DNA from: an uncultured Candidatus Binatia bacterium
GTDB lineage: Bacteria; Desulfobacterota; Binatia; UBA9968; JAJDTQ01
Direction: 5' to 3'
Assembly (NCBI GenBank): GCA_965242525.1
Contig: OZ251459.1
Span: 1,664,001 to 1,728,000, forward strand
DNA length: 64,000 nucleotides
Below the pieces are notes generated by a model that ran no database searches, was not told the DNA's origin, and was given only the letters and a program-made list of their open reading frames with translations. Below, piece after piece: positions 38,754-47,155 of this stretch (within the stretch, counting starts at the first letter, position 1; every line of letters begins with the position of its first letter). The position numbers and the translations under genes are program-made.

Positions 38754-40940
38754 ATGACCGACCCCGCGCGACTCGAGCGGATGGCCGCCCTGCTGGAGCG
38801 GCGTTACGGCGGCCCGGGACGAGCCGCGGCCGGGCGCCTGCGCCGCTGGGTCCGGGGCGAGATCCCCTACGCCGAGCCGGAGATCCTCCAGCGGCATCTG
38901 GAAGACGCGCACCACGCCCTGGTGTTCGACGCCTTCCGGCAGGCGCTTCCCTTCGGCACCGGCGGGCGGCGCGGTCCGGTGGGCTACGGCGCCAACCGCA
39001 TGAACCCTTCCACCGTGGCCATGACCGTCCAGGGCCACTCCGACTACCTCCGCAAGCGCTTCCCCGACGAGACGCCCGCGGTGGTGGTGGCCAACGACGT
39101 GCGGGTCTTCATGGACCACGCCGGGGCGTACTCGTTCCTGGGCCCGCGGCATCCCCTGCTGGGCCTGTCCTCGCGCTCCCTGGCCCGGCTGGCGTGCGAG
39201 ATCTACGCCGCCAACGGCATCGTCTCCTACCTGGCGGAGCCCGAGGACGACCATGCGGTCACCAGCACGCCCGAACTGTCGTTCCTCATCGTCCGGTTGG
39301 GGGCCGCGGGCGGCGTCAACGTGTCCGCGTCCCACAACCCCCCGGACGACAACGGCGTCAAGGTCTATGACGACTACGGCAGCCAGCCCATCGCGCCCGA
39401 GGACCGGCGCCTGGCGGAGGCCATGGAAGACGCCGCCTCTGTGCGCACCCTTCCCTTCGGCGAGGCTCTGGCGGCGGGATGGATCCGTCCGGCGCCCGCG
39501 GCGCTCCACGAGGCCTACGTGGACACCTACGTGGAGATGTACGGGAAGCTCTACCCCGACCAGGCCCGGGCGCCGGTGGTCTATACCCCCCTGTGCGGCT
39601 GCGGCGTCACCACCGTGAAGGAGGTGCTGGAACGGCTGGGCTTCCGCACCCTCGTCCCTCCCGGCCAGGGGCCGGACGGCGGCTTCCGGGCCATCCCCTT
39701 CAAGGCCCCCAACCCCGAAGTGCCGTACGCCACCGCTCCGGCCCGGGAGTTCGCCGACCGCCGCGGCGTCGGCATCGTCCTGTCCAGCGACCCCGACGCC
39801 GACCGCTTCGGCATGGACGCCCGCCTGGCCGACGGCTCCTGGCGCCACTTCGACGGCAACCAGATGGCCGCCATCCTCTGCCACCACCTCATGCTCGACC
39901 CCGAGGGGCCCCGGCGCCGGGGCCTGGTGATGGAGACCCTGGTCACCACCCGGCTGCTCGGCCGGATCGTCGCCGAGGCGGGAGACTCCTGGCTCATCGA
40001 CGACCTGCCGGTGGGGTTCAAGTACGTGGCCCACGTGCTCAAGACCCTGGAACGCTGCGGCCGGTACCGGCACGTGGCCTGCGCGCCCGAGGACCTGGTG
40101 ATCGCCGCGGAGGAGAGCCACGGGGTGGTCATGGCGCCCGGCATCCGGGACAAGGACGCCACGCCCGCGTGCATGGTGCTGGCGGCCCTGTACCAGAGGC
40201 TGGCGGACCAGGGCCGCACCATGCTGGACTACTACGCCGAGGTCATCCGGGAATTGGGGAGCTACGACAACGTCAACCGCAGCATCGTGCTGGCGGGCCC
40301 GGAGGGGAGCCGGAAGAAGGAGCGGATCATGGCCGCGCTGCGGGAAGCGCCGCCCCGGGAGCTGTGCGGACACCCGGTGCGTCGCTTCGTGGACTACCGG
40401 GACCCCGAGGGCTTCGGTTCCATGGCCGGCGAGGCCGACGGGTTGGCGCGCAACGTGCTCCAGGCCTGCACCGACCGCTTCATCGTCACCGTCCGGCCCT
40501 CGGGCACCGAGCCCAAGCTGAAACTCTACTGCCAACTGCTGCCGGACGGGGAAGCCCCGGACGCCGCGGGCACGGAACTGCTGCAACGGGCAAGGGCCGC
40601 GGCGGAAGGCCTGGCGCGTTCCCTCTACAACGAACTGCTGGCGCGCATCCACGTGTCGCTGGACGACGCCGCGCTGCTCCTGCCGGACTTGATCGACCTG
40701 GAAGGCAAGCAGCGCTTCGGCCGGGAGACCGTGCCGCGGCTGCATGACGCCATGGCCCGGGGGCGGTTCGCCGCCCTTGAAGATTTGCTCGCCTGGCTCG
40801 CCGAGGAGACCCGGTCCCTGACGCCCGCGGCGGACCCCCTTCCCGCGCTCAAGCCCTCGCTGGCCCACCTCTGCGACGGCTGGCGCAACGAGCCCGGCAT
40901 GACCCTGGCGGAAGAACTCGCCCGTTGGGCGGCCCGGTAA
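38754..40940 (+). CDS. Phosphoglucomutase/phosphomannomutase family with C-terminal extension
   Basis: FGTGGRRG, SASHNP, DPDADR, VGFKY, EESHG, RPSGTEPKLK. Confidence 0.92.
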   Translation: MTDPARLERMAALLERRYGGPGRAAAGRLRRWVRGEIPYAEPEILQRHLEDAHHALVFDAFRQALPFGTGGRRGPVGYGANRMNPSTVAMTVQGHSDYLRKRFPDETPAVVVANDVRVFMDHAGAYSFLGPRHPLLGLSSRSLARLACEIYAANGIVSYLAEPEDDHAVTSTPELSFLIVRLGAAGGVNVSASHNPPDDNGVKVYDDYGSQPIAPEDRRLAEAMEDAASVRTLPFGEALAAGWIRPAPAALHEAYVDTYVEMYGKLYPDQARAPVVYTPLCGCGVTTVKEVLERLGFRTLVPPGQGPDGGFRAIPFKAPNPEVPYATAPAREFADRRGVGIVLSSDPDADRFGMDARLADGSWRHFDGNQMAAILCHHLMLDPEGPRRRGLVMETLVTTRLLGRIVAEAGDSWLIDDLPVGFKYVAHVLKTLERCGRYRHVACAPEDLVIAAEESHGVVMAPGIRDKDATPACMVLAALYQRLADQGRTMLDYYAEVIRELGSYDNVNRSIVLAGPEGSRKKERIMAALREAPPRELCGHPVRRFVDYRDPEGFGSMAGEADGLARNVLQACTDRFIVTVRPSGTEPKLKLYCQLLPDGEAPDAAGTELLQRARAAAEGLARSLYNELLARIHVSLDDAALLLPDLIDLEGKQRFGRETVPRLHDAMARGRFAALEDLLAWLAEETRSLTPAADPLPALKPSLAHLCDGWRNEPGMTLAEELARWAAR

Positions 40941-41006
40941 GGCCGGGGCCGCAAAGCCGGGCGCCGGCCCTCCCCGGGGCGCGCCCGGCCCGGAAAGGAG
41001 CATCCC

Positions 41007-41192
41007 ATGAAGGACAAGGTCAACGTGAGCCTGGAGATCGAGCGGGAGCAGCGCGAGTGGCTGGAGGCCATGGCCCGGAAGCATGGACTTCCCGACGAGT
41101 CCAAGGCCCTCCGGGTGGTGCTGGACCACGCCCGGACCGCGGGGGACGAAAAAGTCCTGTTCGAGACCGTCCGCTGCCTCGGCTGCGGTTGA
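41007..41192 (+). CDS. Small RHH/CopG-like protein with C-terminal CxxC
   Basis: AAGGAG RBS; VNVSLEI...WLEAMARKHGL..ESKALRVVLD; RCLGCG. Confidence 0.7.
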   Translation: MKDKVNVSLEIEREQREWLEAMARKHGLPDESKALRVVLDHARTAGDEKVLFETVRCLGCG

Positions 41193-41211
41193 GCCGGCCG
41201 CGCCCTCCGGC

Positions 41212-42534
41212 TCAACCCGGCGCGCCCAGGGCCTTGCTCCGGATGGCCTCGACCTCCTCCACTTCCTTGGGGATGGCGGCCGACAGGACTTCGTGCCCGG
41301 CTTCGGTGACCATGACGTCGTCCTCGATGCGGACGCCGATGCCGCGGTAGTCCTCGTCCACGTCCTCCAGGTCTTCGGCCACGTACAGCCCCGGCTCCAC
41401 GGTGAAGACCATGCCGGGCTCCAGCGGGCGCGACGCCCCGTCCACGCGGTACCGGCCCACGTCGTGCACGTCCATGCCCAGCCAGTGGCCGGTCCGGTGC
41501 ATGTAGAAGCGGGTGTGCTCGCCCTTCTCGATGATGTCCGCGGCGGCGCCGACCAGGAGGCCGACCTCGACCATTCCTTCCACCAGCGCCTCCGTGGCCA
41601 AGGTGTGGAGGTCCTCCATGGACACCCCGGGCCGGACCGCGGCGATGGCCGCCTTCTGGGCCCGCAGCACGACCTCGTAAACCCGCCGCTGGGGCGCGGA
41701 ATAGGCCGCTCCCACGGGGAACGTCCGCGTGACGTCCGAGCTGTAACCGTCGAACTCCGCGCCGGCGTCGATGAGCACCAGGTCGCCGTCCCGCATGCGC
41801 CGGTCGTTCCGGGTGTAGTGGAGGACGGTGGCGTTGGCGCCGGAGGCCACGATGGACGGGTACGCCGGGCCGGCGCCGCCGGCCGCGCGGAAGTGGTACT
41901 CCACCAGCGCCTCCAGCTCGTACTCGCGGCTTCCGTCCCGGACCTCGGCCATGGCGGCCAAGTGCGCCCGCGCGGACGCCGCCACCGCCTTCCGCATGAG
42001 TCGGACCTCCGCCGCGGACTTGTAGAGGCGCATCTCGTGCAGGACCGCGCCCGGGTCCACCACCGACACGACGCCCCGGCCGGTGCGCGCGCGCCCGGCC
42101 CTGCTGCCGTCCACCAGCTCCCGGACGAGGGCGTTCATACCCTCGTCCCGGCCCGGCGCGAAATGGACCCTTTCGGCGTTGGCCAGGTGTTCCGGCAGGA
42201 TCTCCCGGACCCGGTCGATGGCGTAGGCGGCGTCGGCGCCGAACTCCTCCCGGGCCCCGTCCACGCCGTAACGCCTCCCGGTCCAGGTCTCCCGGTCCCT
42301 GTCCCGGGGCTGGACGAACAGGATGAAGCGCTCCCGTTCGTGCTGCGGCGACAGCACGCAAAGGCAGCGGGGCTCCGGGAACCCGGTCAGGTAGAGCAGG
42401 TCGTTGTCCTGCCGGTAGGGATACTCCACGTCGTTGGAGCGCGTGGCCTCGGGCGCCGCGGCGATGATGGCCACGCCCTCGCCCATGCGCTCCATGAAAA
42501 CCCGGCGCCGTTCCGCATGGTCCGTCCTGTCCAT
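41212..42534 (-). CDS. pepP: Xaa-Pro aminopeptidase
   Basis: YRQDNDLLYLTG, LIDAG, SDVTRT, HWLGMDVHD, TVEPG, GVRIEDD. Confidence 0.93.
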   Translation of the reverse strand: MDRTDHAERRRVFMERMGEGVAIIAAAPEATRSNDVEYPYRQDNDLLYLTGFPEPRCLCVLSPQHERERFILFVQPRDRDRETWTGRRYGVDGAREEFGADAAYAIDRVREILPEHLANAERVHFAPGRDEGMNALVRELVDGSRAGRARTGRGVVSVVDPGAVLHEMRLYKSAAEVRLMRKAVAASARAHLAAMAEVRDGSREYELEALVEYHFRAAGGAGPAYPSIVASGANATVLHYTRNDRRMRDGDLVLIDAGAEFDGYSSDVTRTFPVGAAYSAPQRRVYEVVLRAQKAAIAAVRPGVSMEDLHTLATEALVEGMVEVGLLVGAAADIIEKGEHTRFYMHRTGHWLGMDVHDVGRYRVDGASRPLEPGMVFTVEPGLYVAEDLEDVDEDYRGIGVRIEDDVMVTEAGHEVLSAAIPKEVEEVEAIRSKALGAPG

Positions 42535-42731
42535 GACATGGACTTAAGGCAAGTTTCGGCCGGTGGCAAGGGGTTCGGCCGCTCCGGGACCGATCCCGTC
42601 CTCGCTTCGGGCGCCCGAATCTGCTACACAGGAGCTGCACGCCAGCGGACGGGGGCGTGTGGGCAAGGTCGTGTCTTGCGGCCCGCGGCCCGTGGACCCC
42701 GCGGGCCGGCGGGGGCCGGAGAGGAATTCGC

Positions 42732-43595
42732 ATGACGGATACCGTGTACAAGGACTTTCGCCGCGAGGAGATGGAATACCAGTTCAACCCTCGCGTGACC
42801 GTGGCCGAATACCCCCAGTTGACCGCGGCGCGGGAGAAGGCCAGCGAGGCCGCCCGGGCCCGGCTGAAGCACTTCCGCAACGTGCGCTACGGGAGCGGGC
42901 CCCGGGCCCTGCTCGACGTCTTCCCCGCCGAGGGGCCCGGGGCCCCGGTGCAGGTCTATATCCACGGCGGGTACTGGCGCGGCGGCAGCAAGGACGCCTA
43001 CGGCTTCATCGCCGAGCCGTTCGTCGAGGCCGGCGTCACCACGGTGCTGCTGGAGTACGACCTCTGCCCCCAGGTGGCCGTCCCCGACATCGTGCGCCAG
43101 ACCCGGGAAGGGATCGCCTGGGTCCATCGCCGCATCGCCGACTACGGCGGCGACCCCCAAAAGCTCTACCTTTCGGGGTCCTCCGCGGGCGGCCACCTGG
43201 TGGCTCTGGCGCTGAACCATCGGTGGGAGGATGACGGCCTTCCCGCGGACGTCATCAAGGGCGCGGTGGCCATCACCGGGGTTTACGACCCGGACCCGGT
43301 CTTCCACGTATCGGTCAACGAAGACATCCGACTGACCCCCGACACCGCCCGGGAGGTCAGCGCCATGCTGCATCCGCCCCTGGACCGGACCCCGCTGGTG
43401 GTGGCCGTGGGCGCGGCGGAGACCCGGGGATGGATCGGGATGTCCAGGGACTTCTTCGGCCTCTGCCAAGAGCGGGGCGTGGACTGCCGGTACCTGGAAG
43501 CGCCCGGGGCGCACCACTTCTCCATCTCCGGCCAACTGGGCGAACGGGGCAGCCTCCTGTCGCGCACCGTGCTGTCGCAGATGGGTTGCCTGTGA
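42732..43595 (+). CDS. Alpha/beta hydrolase (arylformamidase-like)
   Basis: HGGYW, YDLCP, GSSAGGH, HHF. Confidence 0.88.
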   Translation: MTDTVYKDFRREEMEYQFNPRVTVAEYPQLTAAREKASEAARARLKHFRNVRYGSGPRALLDVFPAEGPGAPVQVYIHGGYWRGGSKDAYGFIAEPFVEAGVTTVLLEYDLCPQVAVPDIVRQTREGIAWVHRRIADYGGDPQKLYLSGSSAGGHLVALALNHRWEDDGLPADVIKGAVAITGVYDPDPVFHVSVNEDIRLTPDTAREVSAMLHPPLDRTPLVVAVGAAETRGWIGMSRDFFGLCQERGVDCRYLEAPGAHHFSISGQLGERGSLLSRTVLSQMGCL

Positions 43596-44203
43596 ACCGC
43601 CGGCCTCCCGGCGCCATGGATGCCATGAACCACGGACACGGCCGAAACCGAAGCGCGGTTTGCAAGGGATGGATGATGGGCTTGGCGCTGCTCTCCTGGG
43701 GCGTTCCCGGCCATGCGGAAACGGTGTACGTCAGCGGCTATCGAGAGGTCATGCTCCGTTCGGGCCCCAGCGTCGAGCACAGGATCCTCGCGGTGCTCAA
43801 GACCGGCAACCGGATGGACGCCCAGGGAGGGGAGGGCAACTACCGGCTCGTCACGCTACCGGACGGGCGGCAGGGCTACGTGCTCAGGAACTTCCTCACC
43901 GCCGATGCGCCGCCCCAGCGGCGGGTCGAGCAGTTGACCGCCAGGGTCGAGTCCCAGGAAGCCGAGCTCGGAAAGCTCCGCAGCGAGAACTCGCAGCTCA
44001 AGGCCGACAACGAACGGCTCACCAACGACAACCTGGGCCACAAGCGCCAACTCCAGCAATTCCGGCAGGATAACGCGGACCGCCAGCACGACATGCGGCT
44101 ACGGTGGTTCGTGGCCGGAGCGGGCGTCCTCCTCACCGGCTGGTTGATGGGATGGACCCGCGTCCGCCTGCGGAGAAAGGCCCGGGCCCGGAGCTTCACC
44201 TGA
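43592..44203 (+). CDS. SH3 domain protein (TIGR04211/YgiM-like)
   Basis: Signal-like segment, ETVYVS..LRSGPS, GRQGYV, coiled coil, C-terminal WFVAGAGVLL TM; start uncertain (43592 or a later ATG). Confidence 0.85.
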   Translation: MNRRPPGAMDAMNHGHGRNRSAVCKGWMMGLALLSWGVPGHAETVYVSGYREVMLRSGPSVEHRILAVLKTGNRMDAQGGEGNYRLVTLPDGRQGYVLRNFLTADAPPQRRVEQLTARVESQEAELGKLRSENSQLKADNERLTNDNLGHKRQLQQFRQDNADRQHDMRLRWFVAGAGVLLTGWLMGWTRVRLRRKARARSFT

Positions 44204-44387
44204 CGGGATCTTTCCGTCTTCGGCCCAGCACCACGGACGACTCCGATCCCCCCTCCCCCTGAGGCAGGGGACGCTGCACCGTGAGACCCTGTCCATACGA
44301 AAGCCGGTAACGGGAATCCACTGCGCCTGCCGTCATTCCCGCAGATGTCCACCTCCGTCATTCCCGCGAAAGCGGGAATCCACTTTC

Positions 44388-44559
44388 GGAACCTCTGAAC
44401 AATCGGGACAGGGGGCATGAGCGCGTCCTTCGACTCCGCTTCGCTACGCTCAGGATGAACGGGGGACTTCGCTTCGCTACGCTCAGGACGAACGGGGATA
44501 GGGCGTCAGGGTGAGGGAATCGGGATCCATCCTGGATGTCTCGATTGTTCAGATGTTCC
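44388..44559. mobile_element. Complete MITE/REP element (172 bp) with TTTC target duplication
   Basis: GGAACCTCTGAACAAT...ATTGTTCAGATGTTCC; TTTC at 44384-44387 and 44560-44563. Confidence 0.9.
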
Positions 44560-44563
44560 TTTC

Positions 44564-44659
44564 ATCGCTCTCGCCGCACAAATCTCTCCGGGTCGGATTG
44601 CTCTTCTCGATCAACCCGATCTTTCTCGACCGCCTTTATCTCTGGATGGCGCTTTGCAT
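44564..44659 (-). pseudogene. C-terminal remnant of a small GIY-YIG nuclease (UPF0213-like)
   Basis: MQSAIQR*RRSRKIGLIEKSNPTRRDL resembles the AIxREKxxKxWxRxxKxxLIExxNPxWxDL end of this family. Confidence 0.6.
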
Positions 44660-44790
44660 GGATTCCCGCTTTCGCGGGAATGACGGAGGTGGATGGTAAT
44701 GACAGGGTTGGACGATAATGACGGAAGTGGGCGGGAATGACGGAAGTGGACTTGAATGGTCTGAGCTTCGAGTCTGAGTTTCGATTCGAA

Positions 44791-44900
44791 GGAATCTCTG
44801 GACAATTGTCCCCGTTCGTCCTGAGCGTAGCGAAGCGAAGTCGAAGGACGCGCTTTCCCACAGGAAGAGGGAGTTCGAGCCGGAATCGATCAGAGGTTCC
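44791..44900. mobile_element. MITE/REP element overlapping the glycosyltransferase 3' end
   Basis: GGAATCTCTGGACAAT...ATCGATCAGAGGTTCC; flanks CGAA/TGAA (3 of 4 match). Confidence 0.85.
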
Positions 44901-46332
44901 TGAAGGGCCTGAGCTTCAGTTTCCGGGGCGGGACCTTCCTTGCCTCGCCGAAGGCCGCGGGGCTGGCACCGGTTCGTTGCGCTCGATGGAGGGCCCAGGA
45001 CCGTGCGATGGACACGCAGGCTCCGTCGGGGAGGGGCGCGGAGGCCACCGCGGCGTCTCCCAGGCGGGCGTGCAGGCGATGCACCAAGTCCCTCGCCGTC
45101 ACCGAGGCGGGGAGCGTCACGTGGAACGGAGACGCGGGAAATTCGTCGAGGGCGGAGCGGTCCGGAGCCACGCGCACCCGCGGGTCCGAGCTGAACTCGT
45201 TCCGGAGGCGCTCCAGCCGCTCGCCGTCGCCGCCCTCGTCGACCTCGACCCGCGCCACCAGGTCGTGCACCCGGTCGGCCAGCACGTTCCGGGTCGCCTC
45301 GGCCACCTGCTCGACCGGACAGGGGCCGGCCTCCACCGTGACCACGTACTGCGGCACCGCGTAGCTGCGCCCGGACCGGGAGCCGCGGCACCGCTTCGAC
45401 AGGAACTTCGGCTTCAGTATCCCCGTGTAGCTGCGCCCGGACGAGGAGCCGCGGTACCGGGGGTGGGCGACCAGGTTCGCCACCTTCTCCCGCTGGAGCC
45501 GGGCGTCGCGCTTCTTTGCTTCCCTTCCCTCGGCCCATCGGCCCTGGTGCCAGGACAACGGGTCTCGTACGGGCGCCAGCAGGGCGCCCCGGGCATAGGC
45601 CCGGTAGGCGAACTCGGTGTCCTCCCGCCCCCAGCGCACGAACGACTCGTCGTTCCCGCCCACCGTTTGGTAGAACTCCCGGCCGATGCCGAAATTGCCT
45701 CCGACCACATGGAACACGTCGTCCGCACGCGTAGTCAGGTAGTTGGTCCGCCGCAGGTAGGGATCGGCCCAGGGAGGGTCGGCCGGGCGGTCCGAGAACA
45801 GCTCCCGCAGCGTCCCCGGCCGGCTCCGGATGGCCTCCGCTTCCACGTCGTCCACCGAAACGTGGGCGCGGAACCCCAAAGTCAGCGCGTCGGAGACGAA
45901 ATGGTGCCAGCGGGCATGGGCGGCCATCCAGCCGGCTTCCACCAGCCAATCGCAGTCCAGGAACAGGATGATCCCGTACGCCGCCTCCCGCGCCCCGGTG
46001 TTGCGCGCCCGGGCCAGCCCGAACCCGCGGCGTTCCTGGCGCACCACCCGGACGTCCATCGGCGACCGGGGCAGCGCCAGCGGGGGATCGGACCCGTCGT
46101 CCACCACCACCACCTCGAAGAGGTCCCGGGGGTAGGTCTGCCCCTCCAGCGCGGCCAGGGTCCGGGCGAGCACCGCCGCGGGCGGCCCATAGGCGGGCAT
46201 GACCACGCTGACCGGCAGGGAGGGGGTGAACTCCTCCGGCGGCGGCAGGGCCGCTTGGCGCCAGTCGTTGTACGGCACGTTCGCCGGCCGGGGAAACGGC
46301 GCCGACGGCGTCCCGCGGGAAGGTTGCGCCAT
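44890..46332 (-). CDS. Family 2 glycosyltransferase
   Basis: VSVVMPAY, VVVVDDGS, ARARNTG, FLDCD, WGREDTEF. Confidence 0.9.
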   Translation of the reverse strand: MAQPSRGTPSAPFPRPANVPYNDWRQAALPPPEEFTPSLPVSVVMPAYGPPAAVLARTLAALEGQTYPRDLFEVVVVDDGSDPPLALPRSPMDVRVVRQERRGFGLARARNTGAREAAYGIILFLDCDWLVEAGWMAAHARWHHFVSDALTLGFRAHVSVDDVEAEAIRSRPGTLRELFSDRPADPPWADPYLRRTNYLTTRADDVFHVVGGNFGIGREFYQTVGGNDESFVRWGREDTEFAYRAYARGALLAPVRDPLSWHQGRWAEGREAKKRDARLQREKVANLVAHPRYRGSSSGRSYTGILKPKFLSKRCRGSRSGRSYAVPQYVVTVEAGPCPVEQVAEATRNVLADRVHDLVARVEVDEGGDGERLERLRNEFSSDPRVRVAPDRSALDEFPASPFHVTLPASVTARDLVHRLHARLGDAAVASAPLPDGACVSIARSWALHRAQRTGASPAAFGEARKVPPRKLKLRPFRNL

Positions 46333-46381
46333 ACGCTAGATCCGGTAAGTTGTGATTCCGACCGGGCAGGGACCGGGTGCA

Positions 46382-47155
46382 GTGACCATCCTCTCGCACA
46401 GCCGCAAGTTCATATTCGTGTCGGAGCGCAGGGCCGCCAGCACCAGCATCAGCGCCTCCCTGTCGCCCTTGTGCGCGGACGACGACGTCGTCGTCGCCCG
46501 GGATTCCTTGGACGCGTACGCCCCCGAGTACGACGAGGACGACTTCGGCTCCATCCGGCCTCGCAACGAACTGGTCTTCCGCGACGTGCTCCCCATGACC
46601 CGCAAGGGACCGGGTTCACGGCACATCCTGCCGGGGGACATCCGGAAGGTCGTCGGAGACCGGGTGTGGGACGAGTACTTCAAGTTCACGGTGGTCCGGA
46701 ACCCGTGGGACTGGTTCGTGTCGCTGTACTGCTGGAAGCTCCGCGGCGACTGGCCGCAGCAGGGACGCTCGCACCACCAATCGCTGCGCGGCTACCTGCG
46801 TTCGCGCTACCGGCTGTACCGGACCTTGCCGAACCATGCGCTCGGCCGCCACCGGGCGAACGTCGAACTCATACTGAAGCGGGGATGGTTCGCCGCGTTC
46901 CTCAGCGAGGTGCCTGCGTTCTATTGCCTCGACGGACGCCCCTATGCGGACTATTGCATCCGCTTCGAGAACCTGCAACAGGGCTACGACGAAGTCTGCC
47001 GCCGGCTGCGCATCCCCTGCCGACCCCTGCCCAGGACCAAGAACAGGGTCCGGGGCGGGAACCGCGGCTACCGCGAATACTATACGGACTGGTCCCGGGA
47101 ACATATCGCCCGACAGTGCCGTCCGGTCATCGACGCTTTCGATTACCGCTTCTGA
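46382..47155 (+). CDS. Sulfotransferase family 2 (PAPS-dependent type) protein
   Basis: ILSHSRKFIFV..R.ASTS, YFKFTVVRNPWDWFVSLY, IRFENL, YREYY, F.Y.F; 5'-PSB motif atypical. Confidence 0.8.
   Translation: MTILSHSRKFIFVSERRAASTSISASLSPLCADDDVVVARDSLDAYAPEYDEDDFGSIRPRNELVFRDVLPMTRKGPGSRHILPGDIRKVVGDRVWDEYFKFTVVRNPWDWFVSLYCWKLRGDWPQQGRSHHQSLRGYLRSRYRLYRTLPNHALGRHRANVELILKRGWFAAFLSEVPAFYCLDGRPYADYCIRFENLQQGYDEVCRRLRIPCRPLPRTKNRVRGGNRGYREYYTDWSREHIARQCRPVIDAFDYRF

Larger units (their letters stand above)
44310..44745. repeat. Second REP family GTCATTCCCGCGAAAGCGGGAATCCA (dRS3/RPE-like): full copies at 44357-44382 (+) and 44659-44684 (-), plus partial copies
   Basis: ATTCCCGC-GAAA-GCGGGAAT hairpin; two full copies in inverted orientation. 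Confidence 0.9.
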
